Source: Nymphaea colorata (Eukaryota). From it: a DNA stretch of 64,000 nucleotides. The position numbers and the translations under genes are program-made. The stretch lies in the NCBI RefSeq assembly GCF_008831285.2, contig NC_045138.2, positions 16,182,001 through 16,246,000 of the forward strand, read 5' to 3'. Below the pieces are notes generated by a model. It searched no databases. It had not been told where the DNA came from and was given only the letters and a program-made list of their open reading frames with translations. Within the stretch, counting starts at the first letter, position 1. The number at the start of each line of letters is the position of its first letter. Below, piece after piece: positions 50,466 to 63,127 of this stretch.

Positions 50466-53400
50466 TTAGAGAAGATCATCATACGCAATGATTTCTCGGC
50501 CTTTGTGAATGGAATTTGGATCCTTCCGAGAGGTGAGTTTATCATCTCCAAGCCTTCTGCTGGTTTTACCGTGTCTGCTGAGAGGCACTTCTGCCCGCAA
50601 CAGCTTGGATGTTGATCCATCTTTTTGCATGGATAAACCAACTCCCGCCCTCCACTGAGGAAGAGGATCGTTTGCCCAAGAAACATGCACCTGCAGAAAA
50701 AAGGATAAAATTTAGCACCAAGGAGATGCAAAATACATGGGATACACACAAAAAGCCCTTGACAAAGAAGTTTTCCACAAAATGATGCTCGGTTTCATAT
50801 AACAAATCAACTACTTCAGTAGCTCAAGAAATGCTGAAAGTGGACCACAAAAGGAATGAGATTGAGCACAAGTGGGAGCCTCACATTCCCTAAAAGATAA
50901 AATAACAGCAGCACGTAACTGTAATTTTCCCATGCCTTTACTTCTCGCATAAACTATTCCTAAGGCACCATATGTCATTAATTATCCTCCTATAGCCAAC
51001 TGCAAGTTTACAATCCTAGTATCGAAGTTTGAGTGCCACTAAAAGTAGGAACTCAATATAATCTTGCATATTAACTAATGCTAATCCAAACATTTCAATC
51101 AATTAAATATTCTTGAAATTTCTAGTTGAATAGCAACTCTGACATTTAGCGGTAGAAACCTGCGAAGCTATTCAACCTGCCTTATTGTAGCACGGGTTAG
51201 TATGTGGTATAATAAACTGAAGTTGAACATAGAGGAGCTACAACCACTCATACACAGCAAGGTATAAATAATCGTGAAAGTAGATTTTCACAGAAGCAAC
51301 ATTGACAGTGGCACACGCTTTGACTCTCATTCATTCAAAAAATGCCATAAATACACCTTCGAACAATAGACCAGCACAGAAGGAACCATATTAACTTTTA
51401 GAGTATCAGAATTCCACACATTCATGTCAAACCTTTTGAGGATGTCATCTCGTGCTATTTGGTAAAGATAAAATCGTATCTCAAATCAAAATTCCAAAAA
51501 ATGTAACCTAACATAAAAGGAAATAAGCAACTCTATTAACTTAAAGTATCAGGATTCCATGCGTTCATGACAAAACTTGTAAGGATGTCGTTCTCTTGTT
51601 GTGATACTTGGTAAAAAGAAGACCAGATCCCAATATCAAAAATTCTAACAGCAATTGTTTCAGAAGACATTTAAAACAAATCCAAATGTCATGATCTGAT
51701 GTCTTCATTATACAGTACACAATAAATCATTTAAACTTAGAGAAAAACACTTTTTAGAAAACAATGTTTCTAAACTAGAGAGAGAAAAAGGACTAATTTC
51801 AAGCCCAATAGCCTACATCAGATTTAGGGGAAGCCTTGGCTGGTCCACCTTTTTCTACCAAAAATTTCTAAAGCAGTTCATCGTACAATTAGTCTTTATT
51901 GTTTTGTGTATATGTGGGTGAATGTTATTTTATGGCAGTTTATATATCTGATGAAGATCATGCTCCGTATGATGCAAATGTGTAATCAAAACTCCAACAG
52001 TTAAAGTGCAAGGGAAAATTAGATATTTAGATGAATACACAATGCTGTGGGATCATGTACATACTCACTCATTTGCCAAAGCTACGTCCACTTTCCAACA
52101 GCATAAGAATTTAGGAGCAATCCAATGCTGAAGTTGGAAACCCCCTATTTGCAACAGAAATGTTGTCCTACTTCCACGCCGGATATCTCGTATAACCCCT
52201 TTAGTGTGTTGATGGAACATGGTAGAACATTCATATTACCCCTTGACAGAAATAGAGCTTAAGAAGGACATATTTTGATTCAACCATTTATACTAATTTA
52301 ACTTAACCATATATTTCAGATATTAATTAATGAATTAATCACGTAATATATCCCCGACAATGAAAATCTCCACAAGGTATACAAAATTTCCTTGTTGAGA
52401 CAAATATCATAGTCAAAGAAAGCAATATATACATCCAGGTTTACTTTATGTTCAGATTTACTATATGGCTTTTCCCGTGATTATGGATTACATTAAAGGG
52501 ATATTCGGCCTACATTTCTGGTCATATAAGTCCATCAGATCGTGATATTACCTTAGTTGTCAAAATCTCGCCTAGTTGGTTGACTAGTCCGGACTCTGGC
52601 TAGTCAGTTGAGTCGGTTATCAACCAGCTTGTGTGTCAAACCAGCATCTACATGGTCAGACCCAATTAGTCAGTCTACCTAGTAGATGTTCAGATGACTA
52701 ATTCGTGATCTATAAACATAAGTGTGCATTCTTTGTATAGATATATATGTTTTCATACTGATTTTCATATAAATATATGTACTTTTCCATCGATTTATAG
52801 TCAATTGAATTCGACTTAGTAATCCCCATTTATCTTGGCTAGTTCCAGTTAGTCTTTATAAGGTCTTAAATGACTCGTATCTGGATTCCAATTTTGACAA
52901 CTTGGGATATTATAAAAATGTATAATATACACAAAACTAGACATTTTAATTATCATTTGCTTAACATGGGTATGATTCCTAATATAAGTTGTGAATGAGT
53001 TAGGCTTCAACAGAACTATAAAGCTTTTAGATTTAAACAAGTATGAAGACTATGGCATAATAGTACCCAATAATAATGCATATCATAGTCATGTCCCAGT
53101 TAATAGATATAACGAGGTGAATTTCAGAACACAAGACAGGTTTGCAATAGTTTTCTCATTGATCAATTGCCCGTAGAATGCAATTTAATTCCAACAGTAA
53201 GCTACCAATAATGGCCGATAAAAACTATATACCTAAACAAGATCATGCTTCCAATCAAATAAAACACTGCAAACTTAAACCAACTGGTATGGGTAGCATA
53301 GATATCAAATCTGTGATCTTTATGCTATGAAAGAAAAATAACTATCAAGTATGTGGACAGAACTTATAACATTTCATCATGTGCATATTAGCAATGCATA

Positions 53401-54773
53401 AATCACTACGTATCACTAACAGCCAACAGGAGTTCTGCAATCTGTAGTACTGAGTTTAAGACTTTCAAGATTAAGGTCAAGCTCTACCCAGGGCACAACT
53501 CTTGTGATAATCTGGCAGGGATCTACTGATCCCCATCATGCCAATGCAGAAAGTGTGTCGCTGTCATGCTATGAAAAATAGAAGCATGGTTACATCCAAT
53601 TGAAACAAGGTGATTATCTAGTTACCGCTCATTTGCATACGGATTCTGATCATTAGGCAATCATGATGCTTCAGGGTCACATATGTTACGGAAGGTTTTC
53701 AAATCGATCCATTAGATGAATGTCTACAAAAAGAATGACGGGTATAGGAATTCCAAGATGCTCTAGGTTCAAAGCTTACATCTTAGGACAACTAGATAGA
53801 GGACGACTAATATCCAGGTCATCCAAATACTAAAACTTGCATAGATATATGAGTGCTCAGTTGCATATCTACCAGTCCCGCATGAAAATCTTGAACCTCA
53901 ATTACTGTCAAGCGATCAGTTTCTAATACAAAATAGCACTCAGCCTTTCAGAATAACTGTGGACCTCAAAGGACTCACTCATTACTAAGTGAATGAACTA
54001 ATTACCCACCGTGGCATCCAAGGCTGGTGAATAATAATATATAAAAGCTGTAATAGATGCACGCAACGAAAAAAAGTTTGGCGAAGTTAAACTAGAACTA
54101 CTGAAATTGAACCAGAATTACCATATGAGTTCTGTTACAGCCAAAGTAAGAAGAGTTTATCAGCCGAACCCAAGCAGTAAATAGAACGTCACAAAGTTTT
54201 AAAACTATAAGCTCACAAACAAGAATCTTCGATGCTCAATCACCGCAACCAACTGAACCCTGTAAGTGGCACACCCAGAGGGATTTGATGAATCAACACC
54301 AAATGCAGAAAATACTAAAAAGAGAGCAAGAATTCGACAGCATATTGAGGAACAGTATGGCAACAAGCAAGTGAAATTAGAGGGGTACCCACTTGTTTGT
54401 TCCCTATCGAGATTGGGTAAAGTGGGTTTCTGGAAGTCATGATCGCCAGCTCCGCCGAGTCACGCAACCGGAAAGTTATATAACCAAACCCAAGATTCTG
54501 CTCGATCTTTACTCTTGAGACACTTCCGAACATCTCGAACCGAGTTTTCAGCTCGAGAACAGTGCATCCCGCGGGAAGGTCGCTAACAATCAAAACTGCA
54601 CTGTCTCTGCCGGAGGTGGAAGCGGTGTTTGGCAGCTGAGCCTTCTTGTCGTCGTCTTCACCTCTTCCCGCCGCTTCCCACCGCGGCGCTTTCTGGGGTC
54701 TCCTTGGTTTGTTTGACCCACCAATATCGTTCTGCAGACTGCCTTCACCTCTCCACCTCTTCCTTCTGTTCAT
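50466..54773 (-). CDS. Small single-RRM protein (At1g27050-like), 201 aa, 2 exons
   Basis: Exons 54773-54393 and 50690-50466 join in phase 0. RNP2-like [11 protein letters not shown]1-like LGFGYITF, then [17 protein letters not shown] and [14 protein letters not shown]. Confidence 0.82.
51390..51645. repeat. Degenerate ~145-bp tandem duplication in the RRM intron
   Basis: ATTAACTT..AGTATCAG.ATTCCA..TTCATG.CAAA..GGATGTC..TTGGTAAA is repeated at ~51390 and ~51535. Confidence 0.55.
52552..52905. mobile_element. hAT-like MITE in the RRM gene intron
   Basis: TIR CTTAGTTGTCAAAAT / ATTTTGACAACTTGG (13/15 match), flanked by an 8-bp TSD GATATTAC / GATATTAT (7/8). Confidence 0.65.
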
Positions 54774-55157
54774 GGTCGTGTGGTGGGGGGGGGGGGGGGA
54801 GGGGGGGGGGGGGAGAGAGAGAGAGAAGGAACTAGCAGATCCTGCTTAGCTGCCGAGGAGAATATTGAGATGCCCAAGTTGTGTGTTTCTGTGTAGATCC
54901 CTCCCCCGGCTCTTCGGTGGCAATGATAAACATTTGAGATTTTCGCAGTCAAAACAAAAGTAGAGGAGGAAAATTGTGGTTCAGCGATCTGCACAGCTTC
55001 ACAGGTTTATTAAGAGGTCAGAAAGAGGAGAAGAAAAGGAAAAAGCTAATTTAGTGAAAAAGGGGAAGGTACGTCGTGACAGACTCGCACTCGCAGATTT
55101 GGAATTCACAAGTTCAAAGAGTTGTACGTAGTGGCATTTACAATCATGATTTCAAAA

Positions 55158-55264
55158 ACAAAACTCAATTGCTTTCCCATGTTTATGCACTGTCGACATA
55201 CAAATAAAGGCTACAAAACTCAATTGCTTTCCTATATTTTATGCACAGTCGACATACAAATAAA
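55158..55264. repeat. ~55-bp tandem duplication upstream of the RRM gene
   Basis: ACAAAACTCAATTGCTTTCC..GTCGACATACAAATAAA occurs at 55158 and 55213. Confidence 0.8.
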
Positions 55265-56353
55265 TGCTTTATAACCCGCACTTTATCGTGACGTTGATTT
55301 CTAAATATATAAGAAATATTAAGTTATATTTATCAAGAAATTAATTACCGAATTACTGATTTACAGGTTTTTAAGAACCTTAAATCAGTACAGCTTGTTT
55401 GCAAAGAGAAAAAAAGAAAGAAGAAATTTATGTGTATCTCAAACAGGAATAGAATGGGACAAATTTGGAGCAGGTCTGTTTTAAAGTTCCTATTGCTTTT
55501 GGTCATACATGATACTGAATCACCACGCATCTAGCTCCGCTGCCTCCGACCCGTTTGGAACCCGTACCGAATGAAAGAGAAGAAGCAAATCTGCATGATA
55601 ACCATCATACATTAAGGTATAATCCAGTATTTTCGATTGAACTATAACAACCAGACCCACTCCCGGGCTCGGGCCCTGGTTCGACGGATCCCAACCCGTC
55701 CCCTAGCAATTTCGGTTCCAATCCTAAAAAGGCTAGGAACCAGGACAATCATCTCATTAAAACCTCCCTTTATAAGCTCTTGAAGATCCCTCACAATCTT
55801 CGATACGAGACTAAACATCTGGAATGTTACATGAACAGCTACGCTTCGCTCTTCGGGACAACCGGCAATCCAACATAAAAAGAGCCCATCACTAAACATT
55901 TAACCCAAACAAGAAGTTTTCGCATGACCGTCGCTATCATGCCAGTAGGACGTTTCCATGGTCACATTCTACAATCTACGGTCACAATCTTAGGTGGAAG
56001 ACAGCCCTCAAACCCAAAAACCCAACCACAGGAGCATTTTATCTTGTTATCAGCCTAATAAAAACCACCCCAAATGTGAGAGACGAACAAAAAAAATCGT
56101 ATACATCACCAAAAAAAATGCCAATAAATGTAATTAAGGGACAAATGTAATTAAGGGTCCCCCTTATGAACTGTTTACAAGAGAAACAAACGAGCTTGAA
56201 AAAAGAAAACGAGAACAAAAACAAAAATTTCTGTAGATAACCTGCTTCTGGCTCAGGCATTCCCCAGATAGGATCCAACTTCTGATCACCCCCCTTATCA
56301 CGATTGCTTTCAGGCTGATCCATCAGATGTCCAAGTTCATTAAGATCAAATCG

Positions 56354-56817
56354 AGTAGAAAAGCATTTTTGAGCTCAAATAGCCAATCCCAATGTGCGGG
56401 TAGTGACGAAACATCTTCTCCAGTTGGCCTAGTCTTGGCACTCCCAGTTCTCTGTTTACCAAAGGGCTCCTCTCTTCATGAATCTGTAAGGCTAAAGCTC
56501 TCTTGAGTATTTAAAAGCATCAAGCAAATTTCAAGCACAGAAAATTACTTGGTTATCATATTCTCCAGTTCATACAGAGTAGAAGACCATTTTTTGGGCT
56601 CAAATAGCCAATGCTGATGTATGTGTAGCCATGAAATCAAACTTCTTCTGTTGGCCTATGCTGGCACTCCGCCATTTCAGTTTATCAGTGGCCCCTAATT
56701 TAATAGATCACCAAGGCTCAAGCTGGAACCTCGACAGGCATTTAAAAGCTCCGACTAAATTTCAAGTGAAGAAATTACTTGGTTCTCATATTCTCCACAG
56801 TTCATATAAATAGAAAA
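56354..56817. repeat. Degenerate ~225-bp tandem duplication downstream of the ILP1 stop codon
   Basis: GCTCAAATAGCCAAT and GAAATTACTTGGTT.TCATATTCTCCA each occur twice, ~225-230 bp apart. Confidence 0.65.
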
Positions 56818-57071
56818 CTGACATAACCAATCTCATCCAATTCAAATTACACTTAATTCCATCGACAGGCTGTAATATTCGGCTATTAACTTGTACAGCC
56901 AAGAAACGGAGCTATCCTTCATTAGAATGTCAAAACTGGAGATGATTACATTGTTTCTACACTGAATTTAGCATTTGGCATCATAAAATGATACAATAAA
57001 CTTGCTGGTGGCTTTACTATTAGTGAAAAAGAATGAAGAAATACAGACAGGAACGATGACATCTGAACACA

Positions 57072-59500
57072 CTAAAGCGCCTCCTTCAGCAGAAAAGTCT
57101 TCATTACGGCCCTGGCCCTGTCATATTCATTGAGCTCCACTAACATTTTCTTTAGCCTACGGGCAAGTCCGCTTACCTCCTCCATGTGAACACCAGACGC
57201 ATGCTTCTTCTCAAGTTCCTTCCCAAGACTGCCCAAACACTCTAGCAACGGCTGTAGCTTGGGACTGTCACCAATAAAGAAGAATCTCAGTCAGCACCGT
57301 CGTTCTAACTAAAAACGAATGTGGAAAGTGAAAGAAATTTAGTTTTTCACAATAACAAGGCACTCATTCTTTCATGAAATAGAATTAAAAAATCATCATC
57401 AAAGAGAAAGCACTAATGGTTGTTTCTCACGGTAGGTTAAACCTGGGTTTAGTTTGGCAGACATCTACCTAATTATGCCAAGATATGCACCAGTAAATTG
57501 AACTTTTAACCGCTTTCCAGTCGAAGATTTTAAGATGACACTCGTCTGTACACATTCAATTGCTGAACGATCGTGCTACTATAATAGCCACATTTATCAT
57601 TTTATTCTCTGAATCTAATATATGAAATAATTCTGACAGCTGTCCAGACGAAACTAAGATGACATCATGTGATCTGCTGCAGAGCACTACGCTGAAAATG
57701 CTAGCATAGAAGGTAATAATTAGTCCATGAAATTTTTATGAAGTAGGAAGGTGATAGTGAAGAGTAATGGTTCAAATGTCTGTAAAAGCAGAAAATTTAA
57801 GTAAGTTCTCTGTTAAACTACAGACAAAAAAAAAAGGTGGGAAGGGGCGGAAAGTACCTACTATGACCTCTGACACCAGAGCCAGACCAAACTCCTGAAA
57901 GCGAAGCAATTATTCTTTCGACTCTAGTAACTGCATCATGAATATTTGATTTAATACTGTGTACATGCGGAAGTACTTTTCCATTCAAGAGCTCATCAAG
58001 TGCAAGTTGCTCTAAAATGGTGGTTGCAAGTATGTCTCTCCACAAGCAAATATTCCTTAATAAACGAACAGAAACACCAAAACAGTAGGCTGCAACTCTG
58101 GCTGCTTGAGGCACAGCTGATATAACACGAGGAGTCCATGTGGGAACCTGTTTAGCAATCCAATACAGAGAAAATTAGGAACAAGTCAAGAAAAAGTTTG
58201 AAGTTGTTAAAAAAAAACCATCAGCAAAAACAAACATGGAGCTACGAAGAGAAATCAAAATGGCTTACAATTAAATTAGAGATGGCCTCAGACAGACGAG
58301 TTTGGACTGCTATTATCAATTCTTGAAGGGCCTTACTGGTTGCAGGAACATAAGTAATAATCATTTGGGTGGCTAAAACTGCATTTCTTGTTTCCCTGGT
58401 ACTAAGCATATCCCAGCAATGTGCAATTTCATGATGGAGAATGGGAAGGGCAACCTTTTCAATTAGTCCAGGCACAAGATCAGCATCAGGATCAGCAGGA
58501 TCAAAATCACTTGCATCTTCCGGCATTCCATAATTGAAAAGCAAAGAATGCCTGCAATCAACGAGACACTATTACATACATTTAAAAGATCCATTAAAAT
58601 AACCATTAAAGAACAGAATATTTTAGTTGTAACGCACCACTCCATATCATTAAAATCTGCCTCTGCATGGAGAGGGTCCCATTGTAAAAGCTCCAACCTC
58701 ACATAAGGTGAGAAAATAGCAGGTGCACTCAATGATACATAAGCATCACGGTAACTAGAGAAATAATGCTTCTTCCAACCTTCAAACCTTTCTTTGACAA
58801 AAGAAAGCTTTGAGTAGTCATCAGTCGCATCACTAAAAACCATTTTTGCAGTTTGCAACAATTCATCACAGCTAGATTTGTATGCAATGCATTCACTATC
58901 ACTTTCATCAGTACTTGATTCCCCTTCTATATACTGATGAAAGCCACCGTCTCGCACATTTGAACCTCTCTTTAGCTCAGATCTAAGCTTTCTTTGTTGC
59001 CGAGCATCAGCCCTTCGAGATGCATCCATACGTTTTTGTAAATTCACATCTCTACCAAACTCATCAAGCTTTACTGGCAAACTTCTCTGTTCTCTTGCAG
59101 CCATTAAAGCAGCTTGAGCAGCATTTGCAGCTGCCACAATATCTCCTTCACTACCCCTTCTCTTGAAAACTGTCATTGCAGCATTAACTGCAGCCTCCAC
59201 TTCTGACATTGCATCTGCAGCATCAGCTTCCCGTCTTTCTGTAATAGCTGAGGCACGTTCCTCGTGAAGTTTCTGCATTTGTTCTTCAAGTTCCTCTATA
59301 TAAGGAGCCTTATCCTGAAAGATCAATTGACATCCAAAAATGAGTTACATGTTGGAAGCAGATTCTACAAAGAGTATGCCACCAACCCCCTCAATGGAAA
59401 ACATTGAACCACATTTACAGAATGAGGAAGCACAAAAAGGTCAGAGGAGGAAAATAGCAAACAAAGCTCCCCAAATTTTATCTGGCAAAGGTGAAACTTA

Positions 59501-59547
<47 letters not shown>

Positions 59548-62060
59548 TAATCAAAGACCCCTTCCAATGGGCATCTCTTGATGAGCTTACTCCAATATCT
59601 ATACTGTGGTCACAACACCATCAGATAAGTAGGAAAAAGAAAAAGCATGAAAATATAAAACTGATGAACAGACCATGCAGTAGTACCTGTAAAAAGTCAC
59701 ACAGAACAGATATGAAGTCACGAAGTTTCTGCATGAATAAGAACCTTTCCCCCGCAGCATCCAGAGATTTCTCAAGATCATCTGCGTGAAGTGATGATGT
59801 TGTCAAATTTTCATCGGTCCTGTTCATGGAGGATATTGTCATGCCATAGGTTTCCTGAGGAAGAAATTGCAAAATATTCTAAATTAGCAATTTTATACAC
59901 ACATAAACAGGTATATTCCCAAGACGATAGTGTTATCAATTCATGTGCCACCTACAAGGTATGCCAGTAATGGCCCAAAATATGTGTTGTCAATTCATTT
60001 TTACAAACGTGCAAGATTTCATGGACATAATAAACAGAAATTGCAACTAGGTCATCAAAGTACTCAAATGAAAATTTTTACAGAGGCATAACGCCAACAA
60101 GCAGATGGAGAAAAGAAGCAAAAGAACCAAAAGAAAAAGCTTAGGTCAACAAGCAGATGGGCAAGACTAACAAGAGAAACTATAGGAAACAAAGAAGTGA
60201 ACCGGACAAATGAAACCAGTGTATCAAATAGACAATGCTGATCAGATCTTCACATCGAAGGAAATTATATATGAATAATTATGGAAGAGATTAACTGAAA
60301 TCAATCCTTCAGGTCAAGCTACAGAAAGCCAAGCAGCCTCTTACACTTTTGGGCATCCAGTAAACTGGCAAGCTCATTCAAGTGCTGGAACCACCACAAG
60401 GATCTAAACACATCCACCCATCTTAAAATTCCATTTTATTTGTGAATGTGAACTGACTGATCAGTATAATGTTAGTTTCAAACTACAGAACATGAACTAC
60501 AACAGGGTATTTCTCTTTCTCGTACAATTCAATAACTCTTTCTAACGATCTAAACACATCCACCCATCTTAAAATTCCATTTTAATTGTGAATGTGAACT
60601 GACTGATCAGTATAATGTTAGTTTCAAACTACAGAACATGAACTACAACAGGGTATTTCTCTTTCTCGTACAATTCAAAACTCTTTCTAACGATGTAAGG
60701 AACTAACTATGAGTTTCTGTGTAACCCATTCGGGGAGCATGTAATATCTTCGACAGAATCATGAGCATAACAGAACTAACAAACGCTTTTTCTCATTTGA
60801 AGCATCAAATGGGCTTACCTGCAACATCTGAAAATTTTGCTCCAAAGCTCTGGTAGCAACTTCAGCCTTCTGATGAATCGACATGACCTCCAAACTGCGA
60901 GTGACGCCGACTAGTTTGCTAGCCGTCGAGACGACGGGTGTGTAAGCCGGAGCTGGTTGTGCTGCCTGTAGTATGGAACCAGGAACAGGAAGAGCCGGAA
61001 CGCTGCCCCGATTGGAACCATCATCAACCCTCTTCCCGAAACCTTTCCTAAACTGCTCTTCCTCCCATCTCTTCTCCTCATCATCATCATCCTCGCCTAT
61101 TCCAACATCCCCATTGTCCGCCCGCAATCCCAACTCCGTGCTCCTCGCATCCACGTTCTCGAAAACGCCCTTACGCACAGATTCGCTCCTCTCGCCTAGC
61201 AACGCTATCCTTCCATGGAACTCCATCTCGTCGTCGCTCGATCCTTCGCCATCCCTCAACGTATCCGCAGATACGCCCCGGCCGCTGCCTCCATCCAAGG
61301 AGATATAGTCCGGCAATAGCCTCGCCTGCCTGAGCCGTTCACGCTTCGCCCTAATCGCATCTATCGTCGCCTGGTCAGGAATTAAAGAGTCCCTCTCCGA
61401 ATCCCTCTCTTTATCTACATCACTCTTCCCCAATTTCTTCACTCCGCCATCTCTCTCCGACTCAACGGTGATCGCATCATCCTTCCTAGGCGGCGCGACC
61501 TCCTGACCCGCTGGCTTCACGAGACCTTTGAGCACAACGACCGGCTCCGCCGCCTTGCTGTCCAAGGAGGGTTTCGCGCCGCCGAGGGTCCGAGTATTCT
61601 TCTGCAACTCGAGAAGCTTCTCTTTCGTGTACTCTCCCGCCTGAGGCTGGACGTTCGATGGGACAGAGGGCTGCGCCGAGCGTTCCTTGGCGGAGACGAT
61701 TTTGTGCAGAGAAGAATTGGGTAAAGCCGATTTCCTCGAAGCCGAATGGGGCGCAGAAGCAGGGGCGCCGCCGTCGTCGGCACTGAAGCTGAGGAGGGAG
61801 CGAGCGGTTTGGGGCTTATGCCTCTCGGACTTGTGGGATGATTTGGAGCTGGCAACGGGAGAGGTGTCTTCGTCGTCGGCGAAACTCAGCAGCTTGGAAC
61901 GCTTCGGTGGCTGAGAAGAGGGTGCTTTAGGCTTGGCCGCAGTAGCTGTGCTGGTCTTGGTGGTAGGCTTGGGAGGAGGGGGCTTTATGACGAGGGAGTC
62001 ACCACCATCTTCGTCGTCGTCGTTGTCCGCTCGTCTTCTGAAGTTCTTGGCTCTGTTCAT
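57072..62060 (-). CDS. ILP1: ILP1 / GC-rich sequence DNA-binding factor-like (GCFC, PAXBP1 family) protein, 950 aa, 6 exons
   Basis: Exons 62060-60819, 59854-59687, 59314-58638, 58551-58269, 58147-57858 and 57264-57072 total 2853 nt in frame. Motifs: RAKNFRRR, LLSFADDE, SNVQPQAGEYTKEKLLELQKNT, EEKRWEEEQFRKG, DEFGRDVN, YRDAYVSLS, PYVRLELLQWDPL. Confidence 0.92.
59503..59542. repeat. (TC)n microsatellite
   Basis: 20 TC units in ILP1 intron 2. Other dinucleotide tracts lie at ~16445 (CA), ~24115 (GA), ~24642 (GA) and ~29732 (TC). Confidence 0.95.
60401..60694. repeat. Near-perfect 146-bp tandem duplication in ILP1 intron 1
   Basis: 60401-60546 and 60547-60691 both begin GATCTAAACACATCCACCCATC and differ at only about 2 positions. 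Confidence 0.9.
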
Positions 62061-63127
62061 CTTCTCCTACTTCTGACTCTGCAACTTCGTGGCTGCTGCA
62101 TTCGGATGGCGCAACGGCAGGGGCAGAGCGGTGGTGGTGGCAGATACGTCGGCGTATGTAATGTATGTGCCCGTGGGGTTCTTTTGTAGCGAGGAAGAGA
62201 GGGAGAGGAGAGACGAGACAACCGGAGGAAGGGTCCGTTGCGAGAGAGAGGAAGACGAGACTTATGGTCTTTTGGCAATTTCGGGTTCGATTTCTTCGTC
62301 ACACGGACACGAAGGACGCCTATTGCAAATTTCAACTCTATTTCGGTAGCAAAAACATGCATACGTGCAAATGTTATACCATTGGGAGGCTGTGAAGCTT
62401 AAGATGCTCATTTTGCTTGGCGGAAAATTTGAATGTTTAAAATTTTGTACGCTCAGTCTTGTTGTTTGCTTCTTCAGTTTTTTTGTGCTATGTCTCATAT
62501 GATTATATTGCTTGATATTAATTGTTGTACAACAGATCAATGACCAAAATGAATTAAAAAAAGTTGTTATTTGACAACTCCAACATATTTTTTCCAGATT
62601 CTCACTGGATACACATCCAACAAATTATAATCCAGGTTAAACAAACACTTCCTGTTTCTAAAACAGGGATGCAAATCCTCATTATCCTGATTCCAGGATT
62701 ATAGTTCTGGGATTCTAAATGCTACCATAGTTAAAACGATAAATGAAGAAAATATAGTCTCGTTTGATCCCAAGACTCATTGCAGCAGCTTCAATTGCAA
62801 TAATACTTTGCTTGTTGCAATCATTTCTAGGAAAAAGAAAGTCTCGTTTGATCCACAGCAAAGCTATGAAATGATTAATATATTGTTATATGATGACGCA
62901 CATCTCTTTCGTTTTATGCATAGACTCACCATTTCTGTGGCCTTTTAGAAAAATTGAACTACAGATTGCGATACAATACATTGAAAAGCAGTAAATTGGG
63001 AGTTTGTCTCCGAAGCAGTCCTCACTGGACTCGCCATTCCCCAAATTCTGCTCTCTACATGCTGAGCCACATCGCTCACTGAAGCAATGGTGGAGCCCCC
63101 CAGAGGCATGTCCGAACCAGCTGCTCC

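Noticed and set aside
55500..56330. Moderately GC-rich segment with 85- and 94-aa minus-strand ORFs between ILP1 and the RRM gene
   Set aside because: There is no recognisable domain, splice structure or RNA fold. It may be UTR or lncRNA, but this cannot be supported from sequence alone.
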